The notes beneath the pieces were generated by a model. That model searched no databases and was not told the origin of the DNA. It saw only the letters and a program-made list of their open reading frames with translations. From IMG/VR virus record IMGVR_UViG_3300009703_002430, positions 19,646-83,645 of that record: a stretch of 64,000 bases of DNA; one strand, given 5' to 3'. Both the position numbers and the translations under genes were made by a program. The number at the start of each line of letters is the position of its first letter. Positions within the stretch are counted from its first letter, which is position 1. This document shows, piece by piece, positions 32,001 to 40,800 of this stretch. This DNA comes from a virus.

Positions 32001-34869
32001 TTGCAAAACCACAAAGGTAGCCGTTTGACCATCCCAAAGCAAACTCAGGCACAGTAGTACTGATAAATTTAGAAAATAGTATGCCGGAGCTAAACTGGTT
32101 ATAGCTTGCGCCACTAACTGTAATATCTGGAGTAAACCTTATATAGGCAGAGAATCCTTTGGCTGCTTCTACCTCAACATCTCCAAGGTTTATATAAGAG
32201 TTTGCGCCAGAAGTTCTAACGACAGTATTGAAGGCATCTGCTATATTTCCGTATAATTCGTGATCTGAAAAATCATCCGCACCATTGGCAAGAGAAGTCC
32301 AGTCTGTGGTTTGGTATGCAGTGGTGTGACTTGCTAGCTGCTGTGAGAATATATCACTTGAAGTAAATCTCCAGCCGTGGTTGTTCAAGTAGGGAGAGCC
32401 AAACGCGACGTTGTGCAACGTTCCCGTTAAAGTACCCACACTTGGCCTTATGGTTGTTGAGCCAGCTTGATTGTCAAAGTCAAAGAACCCAGACATGAAT
32501 GGGCTGTATAAGGTCGGGTTTTCAAATCCAAAATCAAACTCATCTGGATCGAATGGGCCATTTACTAATCCAATATGACCACGCCATCTTCTAGAGTAGT
32601 TTGACTTTATAGTGTCTGGAGTTTTGTACCCATGAGGTATGCTTGATATAGTTGACAGAGCGCCATATCCAGACCCTGCATTTATAATATCATCCCCTGT
32701 CTGTCTAGTCGTGGGGTATATTTTTGCTTCAGGCCTTGTGCTGTCAATCTTCCCAATCTTTTCTGAACCGATAGTATGTACATTCAGAGCGTTTGTAGGC
32801 TTGTATGTTACGCAAAGTTCAATCTTTGATATTGCAGCGCCGGTTGGCAGCGGGAATATATCTAAGTACATATTCTCAAAGAAGGACGATGATTTAAAAT
32901 CAGTTTTTGTACCTATCTCTACAGGGTCTTTATATACTTTTAAAGGAACCTCGTAATCTGTGAACGTTGTTGAGTTAACAATGGTCGATGGAAGCTGGTA
33001 GTGGTCGCCTCCGTCATTGTTGGTTGTGCTTGTGGAGTAGAACTGGTCTTGGTCAGATACAGATTCTGCTGATATGCCAAATTCATCCGTAGGGTTATAC
33101 CCAGAGAAAGTCGGTATGGTTCCATAGCCACTTGCGTTTTGTAGGAATCCGCCAACCGCGCTTGTAACATTGAGCAACCTGTCGTCACTGAATCCAACTA
33201 CATCTAATGCGTAGTCTCTAGTGCCTGCAGCCTTTTTAGCGTTAACCTTAAGATATACTGAGTCAACTGTAAAGAAGTTGTCTATTGGTTGTTCTTTAAC
33301 AAGTTCAGCAACTGGATAAGCACCGCTAGCAAACCCAAATCCAAACTCACCATTCTTATAAGCAAAGTAAGCTCCGGGAACAGTAGTTCCAAACTTCAAT
33401 ATTAACTTACCAGAATCCGCTATAGTTGTAACGGGAGATGATGTAGAAGCCATCTTTATGTATTCAGACTTGCTACTGTTGGCAATGTTTGATACTAGCT
33501 TGGTAATTCCAGAAGAAGTTTGATTTGAATATAGAGATCCGTTATCATGCCAAACGCTGCTGGACAAAGGATATATTCCAGTATCAAAGTCCCACGCCCT
33601 CATGTCCGTTGGTGGGAAACATCTCGTTAATCTATTGCCGGTTGGTGTGACCTGCAAATGCATACCAAGATAGAGTTCTTTGTGAGTATCAAAGTATCCA
33701 CTATTAGCTATTTCTATAGCAGATATTCTTATACTATTAGTTGGATTGTTTGTTCCGTCTTGTATTCTCGTAGAAAGCGGAGAGCCGTCAAATGCCAAGT
33801 AATCATTGTTACCATGTAATTCAGAATCTTCATGTAAACACCCTGACTCAAAACCCACGTCAAAGCCAACATTAAAGGGTTTATCTAAACACTCTGCAAA
33901 CAAATCGAAAGAAAGAGTATAGCCGTTATCCTCTTCCATGTAGGGATAACCATGTTCCCACTGCTTCTTAGTTAGGTTACTCTTTATTGCCTCAGAGCCA
34001 TAAGTAGAGTAGTTATAGTACGTCGGATGACTTGGGTCTTCGTAGTCACAATCTCCATATAGCTGTATGTTACCATACTGCACAATGAGATTTCCCGAAG
34101 GGTCTTCAAACTTAATGTTCTTTATAGTATATCTTGGGGATGTTGTTTTTTCTGTGTCCCAAGGTGCCGCAGCTCTAAAATATATTTTACTATCTACTGG
34201 TGTAACTCTGGGCGCGTCCACTAGACACTTGTATGAGAATGTGCCATCAGTATATACAGAAGAAGGATGTATGAATGTAGATATGTCATCAGAGTATCTA
34301 TCACTATGTTTTAAGTTTTCATGATAATTACCATCAAACACACCCTCGTCTATACTTAGATAAGTATTTGTAGTGGTGTTACCTTGATTTACAAACAGTC
34401 CGGGAGTATGATCTCCAGAAGGATAGAGTTTCTGAATTCCGCTACATGTACTATTGTAATCTACTTTGAAAGGAGAGTAGCCAGATGGCGTAAGTCTATC
34501 ACCGGCCTTGCATCCAAGAGCAGAAAAGTCTCCAGCAAACTTATCTGTGTATCCGGGCAAAACAACGCCGCTTGCTCTGATTCTTCCAAAGACACCCTTT
34601 GAAACACCTATAGATTTGCTAAGTATACCTTTGCCATCAAGACTTTCTGTTACTGAGTAGTTGGCGGTTATACCATCTGTAAGATCAACCTCAGCTTTCA
34701 TATCAGCTGAAACTGTTTTCTCTCTGATAAGATCAGCCTTGAATGTAGCTTTGGCCGCTATCGGGCCTCTTAACTGCGCAGGCCAAGCGTTTGCAAAGGC
34801 TTTAAGGACTGCTCCCTCACCCTTTACACTACGGCTGACACGTTTTACACATAGACATTCTACTGACAT
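23056..34869 (-). CDS. Giant tail-tip/adhesin protein (3937 aa) with 7 FG-GAP repeats, a LamG-like region and short MxL beta-repeats
   Basis: Seven (D/E)x(F/Y/L)GxS...G(A/S)P units; SG-rich; immediately after the TMP with TAATG overlap. Confidence 0.85.
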   Translation of the reverse strand: MSVECLCVKRVSRSVKGEGAVLKAFANAWPAQLRGPIAAKATFKADLIREKTVSADMKAEVDLTDGITANYSVTESLDGKGILSKSIGVSKGVFGRIRASGVVLPGYTDKFAGDFSALGCKAGDRLTPSGYSPFKVDYNSTCSGIQKLYPSGDHTPGLFVNQGNTTTNTYLSIDEGVFDGNYHENLKHSDRYSDDISTFIHPSSVYTDGTFSYKCLVDAPRVTPVDSKIYFRAAAPWDTEKTTSPRYTIKNIKFEDPSGNLIVQYGNIQLYGDCDYEDPSHPTYYNYSTYGSEAIKSNLTKKQWEHGYPYMEEDNGYTLSFDLFAECLDKPFNVGFDVGFESGCLHEDSELHGNNDYLAFDGSPLSTRIQDGTNNPTNSIRISAIEIANSGYFDTHKELYLGMHLQVTPTGNRLTRCFPPTDMRAWDFDTGIYPLSSSVWHDNGSLYSNQTSSGITKLVSNIANSSKSEYIKMASTSSPVTTIADSGKLILKFGTTVPGAYFAYKNGEFGFGFASGAYPVAELVKEQPIDNFFTVDSVYLKVNAKKAAGTRDYALDVVGFSDDRLLNVTSAVGGFLQNASGYGTIPTFSGYNPTDEFGISAESVSDQDQFYSTSTTNNDGGDHYQLPSTIVNSTTFTDYEVPLKVYKDPVEIGTKTDFKSSSFFENMYLDIFPLPTGAAISKIELCVTYKPTNALNVHTIGSEKIGKIDSTRPEAKIYPTTRQTGDDIINAGSGYGALSTISSIPHGYKTPDTIKSNYSRRWRGHIGLVNGPFDPDEFDFGFENPTLYSPFMSGFFDFDNQAGSTTIRPSVGTLTGTLHNVAFGSPYLNNHGWRFTSSDIFSQQLASHTTAYQTTDWTSLANGADDFSDHELYGNIADAFNTVVRTSGANSYINLGDVEVEAAKGFSAYIRFTPDITVSGASYNQFSSGILFSKFISTTVPEFALGWSNGYLCGFASTAGGDIITAKDTVDYSNYQYPLSVVLTYNDKGSKKLRLYTDNEIASGSWTTHRASSDEFVMATGTGNLLLGHTAGTGVGMDMFVSEFGLSDSGNVVYSSPDLTHKQTTAEEFLENNRVKFWASGEPPENDRYKLWDRVNQDTTKWDLGAFKYCEFDSSFDWWTTRVGRDLLSFNISNSGDPYINKASNPFTMPSNIDSGVSYHSQIENDFLRFNLSQAAENFHSIGPRITKSVPRGYKFSERALVVETVLEHRTTNDIVWTNGSKGPKLVVSLYTKNKDHRFDPNKTNWGLINRVSHYLKPSGCVHKIYTNFDYDSLFDTSEAWASFSDNKERKLSEFNHRYYSEDINDMFLQYDVVYPSGGKYDSSIDIHSAHVTTDDAYVSAYPTSGLMTLTMSGVQQRQDGFVRLFNVSHSGIVNSVNLHSYSQPPVSGSGLMSLYASGSPDNVLTKLSLHSFTSKSIASGMNLYADVSDISGQFAAMNLHAHNVQSLGDSGSLLNLNIHAGGIGGGAFGYLPVVMYTPDKNIQSGTASGAMVFHARGMGERFNANVDSHMNLFVFTKDSPYRNASMNLVLSHPEPVNTVSGLMGLFTINHPYIRSHSFQWNGRNYGSAIEVNDEGYTTVAASDEIRGVDLISFGDCSVTGAQEKALTQDGISYYDDKCVDAGITRAKNTYTNALYSYSGNYYGIRKITGLQPNTAYEVTLKGKTGTDNKIEVPKEWEEWEYGSIGDINFSGHKIVGDYPNLRPNGRNEGDKYGSTTAVSKDLLAVSAPKHAYDEVGSGYLKDAGAVYLYRKNALANSGDKGFWSLETKLVLPSGYRKSYPESGVAKIKVNNLPDIHVRNWQVGQQGREFGHSVDLAITENNTSLIDKTREIAVVGAPNASWSGIFGDITTSGVPVGIMLVTDEFKTPKRTQLQELTSIINRQNHLWKFYGDPAVHLDLKVVIIQPTNGAFGNIESHGELPSWMIHRKIEVNNVNKTNSDDMYSGILSAFEEAFPYDGAKTHSGIPPLFGLFVDPSRTLGRSKVEPAIDRFINHYNDYSFLSGVKTLGGSGIQSSGHFYEYFRPVSSEEQTAERMQADVEDWVQMGSELLTNSNGSGLLDTGRLVTQDGVTLITTSLGEPSESVLLSSGLQIPPASGGRVYVFEKESGVWGLIQEIKSPGEYQFHTPDRFGHSVAISKNAEILTIGSPYMSEACSIFEHKPEVKENMFKLVRAWLADNAKTSQLTQYELYNAQYGWRKASEMIYYELSRTDRFAFRKDNDINEYSQIYRFGYDDIPYRGTWGFILTGVEGRSGEAPTSRLGWSTAVNEDGSLVAFGAPTDSLNEADDTNVYYKDQEGTGYSTAWASDTNAGAVRMFGSRQYHPHGSVVEYFKFGNLDMSTHPDDEENYTFLKDTYQTHGVPFTRTAYSELDIPKDAGTAFIITPEIDATSDEILQNIKDWLALGDRTLVLVGNDPVWEENGKYKLSNDIINKILEKLGSEMRLSAARTQYESLSGCPETSKPNVLRSTDIPYTRNTSVLRDEMFAHGVGDIRMHIPAWETQYPPCSTVSKSEHGSNCCDMPLAHSGDLRAGWKEECIDDAGRLVTENYYWPFQYGNGSMQCEVAPLSGIIQRPNNEPKPLLVAGEYKAPEPIVIPSWVEKVVKRVCVPISGFVTKTEKTYHFEDTHLSQSAFSYSDDGISNMSITGQGAWKDPKPFNGRDAILQAMGSSKDEVVKKEKRVYEDSYLAAEENWIDEATSKIVIISSVASESEKNMVHDQDRSIDGNTNFYYNLVEKRSDGEYDCGRNKGLIAQIGGWTNRVSFKDAYDKSVLKLAFQSDGHGVVENVSTVNSDGESVSLPNEAHVCWVANPNGTPSASEVGRIKDWLNRGDKTLVITLDNDQAIARNVFDLCNQLGTDIKPLLIHTTENGEIEGIDKWAQKDVDMDGGSNKQAMNEDLYIVKGCEGKNNESKFLAISKTSDDTFNQGWIENEDRTIADFVVINIGKRGRNLIRYSVPIKSVLFETRSLWEIKSGVFALTADVQAGSGYRVFVDFAREFQTEKQPIRWYGKGFEFDPDHRNDKDKMRPGYGIGTVTDYKEDDTAYEYADGIMITSGILAPEIGKTGISTVDIRIPSGISKINLYFEANNLRVTPSTDYIPRTFRILSASGSLLPIEERTHLTHKKIHLRDECTEEVTYIEHPAITYNFPERLRPIKTDNSKYCIEPAVATESSVADLESQGFSQQEIIEMKIMEELNNEANADLIQAGIDATNDLLSDTKGQLIADGPVVVAEEPEKFSAFAAGKNRSRIILISDASILQGTCPEYRTQQSANAEFVKSLYEKNSTMSKLRDSNTTIMDLDGGNDGSEYSGTTRGDGATRRILQNLDGGRQFEHIQKIISPERGSPQKFWAASGMAGLASKFGGGTARVSGSYFDSSDRDPKTVTRVPEPETLPLKKKEMAKFLTLAAEAGANAKFHETVGSVVYKDRDAAGGMPSIVEVLGRDHIDFDAYPSGYPGDLFGYSIALQGDRLIVGSPFNGFDNNSVVYWPQVSGFNKNNLTDISGISVGGNGGAGAVFGFMRTGSGMNVFGSGVPWQFMQKLKPSGANEPIDGYTNLSDSQNYIGSNNYTAADLQKLMAVGDMFGYSVSMDSDFVAIGAPGHDFTNYHEHVYDSGSFLRKEFNFEFDIPLHNVYDLGYSGTRTDIINSGTPVLNNGAVFTYRYGIVNWGNRTKEYVEADKVVAQGYNDRKQKAYTDESSPVAISGSENDHFGRSVHITRSDRADADYTLSVGAPHHMFASGNINDVNPLPNAGAAYTYDAMLREQPATSGSKQATLFANLYGDGSGTYAVRLEVNQAVNIANTAYEKTGMVFSNSDGELFLESSGQDPATKGFIEHRPYVLAAEGSIPSGTPVSDFVQLFTEGSGVSVSGGMNLYILPQPKATVYNNIGLYTQSAYIVTESGMPLSVSGVSKTAGSGSMILAVSGIQQLTSQLNLRVRGK
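23214..23229 (-). promoter_or_regulatory. Putative internal promoter GTGTATAATAATATAG
   Basis: 15/16 identical to the site upstream of the tube gene; lies in the 3' end of the 3937-aa gene, about 160 nt before the 588-aa start. Confidence 0.4.
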
Positions 34870-37800
34870 TAATTCCTATTCCTTAGAAAGCCCCCGCCAA
34901 ACTTGGCTCTACCAGATTGGTCAAATTCTAGAGTCTTGATTTTCTCTCCAACTTCCTGCATCAATTCGTTCTTTATGTTGTCTTTCAAGTCAGCAAGGAA
35001 TCCACCGCCATTTAGATTAACATTAACGTTTGCAGTATCTAGTTTAACCTTGAACTTCATGTTCTGCAGCTTAGCTATATTGTTTGCTAAGTCAGCATTA
35101 AACTGGTTTAGACTATTTGTGAGGTTGGTAACGACTGTAGGATCGAGACCAATTCCAATCATTCCACCGTTGTCTGCTATTGGTCTGCTACTACCTCGTT
35201 GTAAGTATTGAACTCGACCACCTCTTGCATAGCCCTGAGCTGCGTTGCCGTTATTCATGGCTTTTAATAGCTGCAGGTTATTACCTCTTTGCACTGCGCC
35301 CCTATTGACTACAAACTCACCCGGAGTAAGCATAGCCGGAACTGTGTCTGTCCCTCTAGGAATGAACATGCCATTGCTTGCGTATACCATACCACCTCTC
35401 GCAAACCCTCCGGGAGTTGTAACTGTTGCATTTGGATTTGTTGCGTTGGCGGCTATCTTTGCGTTCTGGACATTTATCTCTGCTGTCTGAACTTGCATTT
35501 GTGCAAAGTTTGCCATCTCTTGACCAGCAGCAGCAAGCTCTTGAGCAAGACCTATTTGCTCATTTTTCAATGCTTGTTCTTCTCCCGTCTGCCCTGCAAG
35601 CATAGCGGCCATTCTCGGATCGTCAACACCTCTGGCGCTTAAGGCCATTCCCGCAGCTCGTTGCTGAGCTTCGTTTATATCAAGACCAAACACATCACGC
35701 ACACCAGCCTCTGACATTTTCTGTATATTTTCAAACGCTTGACCCAGAGCGTCTGCACCAAACAGGCTGGCCAACTGCTGGTCTCCCAATGAGATTGCAG
35801 CCGTCGCGCCTACAGCAGCTTGGTCTGTCAAGAATTTCTCCATATCTCCTTGTATCAGAGCCTGTAGAGATTGCTTCTCAAGTTCATTCTTCTTCTGAAC
35901 AATCTTAAGTTCTTCTTGGCTTACCTTAATGAGATCCTTAACAGTCTTTGCATAATTGTTAAGTTCTTTCTGTAACGCTTTTTGTCTCGCATCTGTCTCA
36001 ACACCTGCTACCCCAGCTCTTCCAGACTCTGTTTGTAATTGGCTTTCTGTGGCAAAGAGCCCTGCGCTTATTTGGTTTCTTCTGTCTCTTAAAGACCCAA
36101 TTCCTGCATTTCTTAGGTTTCCTATACCCGCCGCTCCTGACCCAGCGTTTGCACCAGCAACTATCATTTGTTTGCGCATAGCGGGAGTTACCTGTGGCCC
36201 ACCGGCCTTAGCAATGATATCCGCAGCTTCCATCTGCATATCTATCGCCTTGCGTTGCGCCTCAACCATTTGCTGGCGAGCAGCAACCTCTTTCTTAGTA
36301 ACGTCTATAATAGCCTTTTCTGCAGCAATTCTTTCCTGCATCATTGTCTGCAGTTTTTCTTGCAGGTTAGAGTTCATGTCGCCAAGCTTGTCAGTTACAA
36401 CGCTAAAGTCTCCACCAAGTATCTTCTGGAAGTCTTCATCGCTAAGTTTTGCGCCTCTAAACTGCGATTGTATTTCTTTGATAACTGTTTCATCAAAGCC
36501 AGCGCCTCTCATTGACTGACCTACCTGATCTCCAAGTGTATCTAATAGTCCTTGAGCACTTAAATCTCCAGCGCCACCCTGAGCAATCAAGCCTGCCTTA
36601 AAATCGTCACTGAACATCTTAGAGAAGTTTCTCTGTACGTGTGCCATACCTTTAAGCTGATTAGTGAATCTAGATATGTCTGCGCCGCCAATGTTTAATG
36701 TGTTAAGTTGATCTTCTACATTTTTAAATGCCTTATCAAACTCAGCGCCTGTCATTGCACCACCGGCAGTCTGCAAGGCAGCCTGAACAGTGTTGAAGCT
36801 TTGCTCTAATGTGCTATGGCCAACTTCTAATCCAGCAACAAAGTTCTGCACCCTCATACCTGCCGCTGCGGATGCCGCCTCCAAATCTCTTAGCCCAAGG
36901 TTCATAGCCTTGAGTCTTTCTACAGACCTAGCGGCCTCTTTGTTGATGTTGTCAAACATCTGAGCATATTTATCTCTGAGGTCTTTCTGGCTCCCTTCAA
37001 TAGCCTCGACCATTCCAGTATCGCCTCTAGCTTGGGCGTCAGCCTTCTTTTGCTCCAACATTCGGAACGCACCACTGCTCTCTATGTTGCGCATGAAGTC
37101 TTCTTTGTTACCAGCTCCACCAGTGGCAAATGCCATCGCTTTGGCTTGGTTGGTTACAAGAGGAGTCATGCCTTCCGACAGTGATTTCGTAATAGACTTA
37201 CGAAGCTCAGCGTTATTTTTATCCATCGCTTCTTGAGCGCCTGCCTGTCTACCAAACACATCCGGGCCAGCGAATATTGATAAGAAGTTTTCAAGCCCAC
37301 TGCTTTTTGAGTCTTTAATCCTCTGTCTCTCTAGGGCATTTTGTGCGCCACTTACGTCTATATCTGCGCCAACTCCTCCAAACTCTAGCTCGTGCAATAA
37401 CTGAGCAGCACTCTTTGTGCCTTCCTCAAGTTCTTTCATTGCGTCTTTTAACTGTTTAGCCTGCTTCTCATTAGCTTCTTCTGCGACCTTCTTTTTAACT
37501 GCTATAGCCGTTTCAGCTTCCATCACGGCAGTACTAGCAACCAATCCTCCAGTCCAAGAGCTTAAGAAATTTCTAATCACCTTAAACATATCGCTGAATA
37601 TTTCCATTTGACTGGCGACAACTAAGAACAAGGCTCCTAAAATCATCAATGGATTCATGAGCGCGCCCATCATGCCCATCATACCTCTTCCTCCAGCTTT
37701 ACCAGCAGCTGCTGCGCCACCCTTTATGCCTCCAGCCGCTCCAGCTGCACCTATAGCATTAGCAGCACCAGCCCCTTTCATGGCTGCGCTGCCAACAGCA

Positions 37801-40800
37801 CCTGATGCAGCCCCGCCCATCTGAGCGCTTGAATTTCGCATCGTAGCGCCGGTATTTGTATTTGTAGCCGCAGTGTTAGCTTGTTCAGCAGTTGAGTTGA
37901 CGAGAGTGTCTTTCGCTTCTTTTCTCTTAGCTATTATTAAGCCAATGCCAGTTTTAGCCATAATCCCAAGCATGGCGGCAACAGCTCCCATCTGCGCAAT
38001 ACCTGCTTTGCCTTCTTCAGTAGTGTGTTTTTGTGCGTCTGCCATATTCATGGCTTCAATCGCAGCTTCTTTTTGTTTTACAGCGTGATCTTTCATTACA
38101 GTTGCTGCAGCAATGAGGGCTGCTGCTATTAGCGTGCTTGAGTTAATAAGCTTATCACTAAACATAGAAAGCGCCATAACAACCATTGAAATTGGCATGA
38201 TAGATTCAGATATTGTTGTCATCCAATACCCGAGGCCTTCAGTAGCATCTTCCATTCCCATGGTTAAGCTGCTCATCATCATTTCCACGGCCATCAAGCC
38301 CATCATAGCGCCTTGGCCGCCACCGCCGCCGCCGCCGCCACCTTTCATGCCACCTCTCGCTGCGCCCTGCATACCGGGATGACTTTGTTGAAGCTCCATC
38401 GCCTCCCTTTGGACTTCAGCTGCAAGTCTGTCGTATGCAGCCTGTTGCTCATTTAAGCCAGCAGTTGTCTGCTTGTGTTCTTGACTTTCCATTTGAGCAG
38501 ATGCCGTAAGCCGTTCAACAACTGCTGTAAACTGAATGATCCTGTTTTTCATTGCCGTTATTGGATGTATGGCCTCCATCATTCTACCAGCGAGCTTACT
38601 TGCTTGCTCTGCTAGCATAGAAGTTCCTCCACCACCTTTCATTCCTTTTCCTGCTCCGGCGAGAGAAGTTCGGAATGGTTTCATAGCTGCTTTAAGCTCA
38701 GCTCTCATCATATCATCTAGCGAAGATATACCGGCAGACGCATTGGCAATAGCCGTGTAAAGTGGCTTTATAGCCTTGGTCATCAACGCCTTAATAACAT
38801 CGTCTACTGTAGAGATGCCTGCTGAAGCATTCGTTATTGCCGTGTTAAATGCGCCTGCGCCCTTGGTCAACATCTCTTTTACTATGTCGTCGATTGTGCT
38901 GATTTTTGAAGCGTCTGTCATAGCGCCAGAAAGCTTTTCTACTCCTTTAGATAGCTCACCTTTGAGATAATCATCTAATGCTCCTATTTTAGTGGCAGCC
39001 TCAGTCAAAGAACCACTGAATTTTTCAACGGCGGCTGTCATGTCAGCCTTTATTATCTCATCTAAGCCTCCTAACTTGGCGGCTCCTTCAGTCACCTCAG
39101 TTTGGAATTTAGTAGCGGGCCCTACAAGTTTTCCGCTAAGTCCATCGACAATCTGTTTTATTCTATTGCCAGCAGTTGTTAATCCAGCGGCTAGATCATT
39201 TGCGGCTGAATTAACCGTTCCTAAGAACTTGTCGTCAGCCACACCAAACTTGGCAGTTGCATCAGTAAGAACACTTTTTAGTGTTTCTAGCTGGTAGCTA
39301 ACCTTTGTCGCGGCTTCAGCCATTGCTAACATAGAGGTTTGAGCTGGGCCAGTATTTATGGCCGGAGCTGCTCCACCTGCTGCGCCGCCTCCGCTCTGCC
39401 TACCACCAAAGAAGAACTTGCGTGGGCCGCCAACCATACCACCAGAAGCATATCCCTCTACTCCCTTACGGTTCATCTTATCAAGTCTGCCATACCCAAT
39501 GGACTGAGCAGCTTTTTTACTTACAACAAACTCTCCGGGAGTTAACATTGCGGGAACAGTGTCTGAAGCGCCTGCGGCCATTCCACCTTTGTTAAGTGTC
39601 TGTCGTTTTTGCGCTTCGTCTAACCTAGCGGATGCTCCGGTTAATATGTGGCTGAGAATTCTCTCAGACTTTTTAACTTCATAGGCCTCAGCTTTTTTGC
39701 CAAGGGATTTCATACTACCTTGATTAAATGTGGCTTTTGCGTCTGTTGGAATACCAACCTTGTCCAAACCTAGAAAGTTTTTTGTCAACCCGCCCATTCC
39801 AGCCGGAAAGTCAAACGTGTCGTTGGCGTTAGGTCGATCAGGGTCGTATGGGCTCACGCCTCCAGCACGTATCAAAGCACCTTCAAAGACGTTTCCAATA
39901 ACATTGTCTATATTAGTCTGCTTTAATAAGCTTGCAATCTCATCAGCGCCCATGGGCTTCAGCCCCGGAGCAATAGTAGGGAATGCAGCAGCGGTTGCAT
40001 TTGATATCCCCTGCATTACGCCTCCAAGGATAGCGTCTTCCGTATTCTCAGACTTGGTTTGGCTAAGCGTACCACCCTGTATAAAAAACTTTTCGTTTAG
40101 TATTGAACTATTGACCTCGCCCATTTCTTGTATGGCTGAAGACCCAAGACCAATTTCCGCAGCATCTTTCTGAAACTTCGCGACTTTTGCTGCAATGGCT
40201 TTCTTTGTTACTTCTGGATTTTTTATATTGCCAATCATCTTCATTGACTGCGGTGATTGTCTCAAAAAAGCTGCGCCGTATATATCTTCACCATCAGCTT
40301 TCATAGCGGCTTCGTATGCCTCGTTCACCCCTTCAATAGCACCTATTGCTATGTTATCTTTACTATAAAATTTCTGCTGCCCCTTCTGCTTCCCAGTTTT
40401 TATCGTTGTCTGCGGAGCAACTCCTTCACCTTTCGGCCCGGGCATTTTTTTCCTAACCGCCCCCGGTTTAGCTGTTCCAAGCCTGTAGTACTGAACACCC
40501 GGAATCTTTCCACCACGGTTATATCCACGCGCATTCATGTCCGCTAGAGTTTCAGCACCAATTGATCTAACGCTGTCTTTTCTTATAACAAACTCGCCGG
40601 GTGTCAGAAGTGCTGGGACTGTATCTCGATTTCCAGAGCCGGGAACCATACCGCCGCTATTGAATCTGCCCATGCCGCCCTTCATACCTGCGCCAAGGCC
40701 GCCAGCAAAGCCTTTCATCATAGTAAAGGCCTTCATTGTTCCCATCATCATAAGCAATGGAATAACTTCTTTAAGAGCGTCGAGTATTTTGATAAACGCG

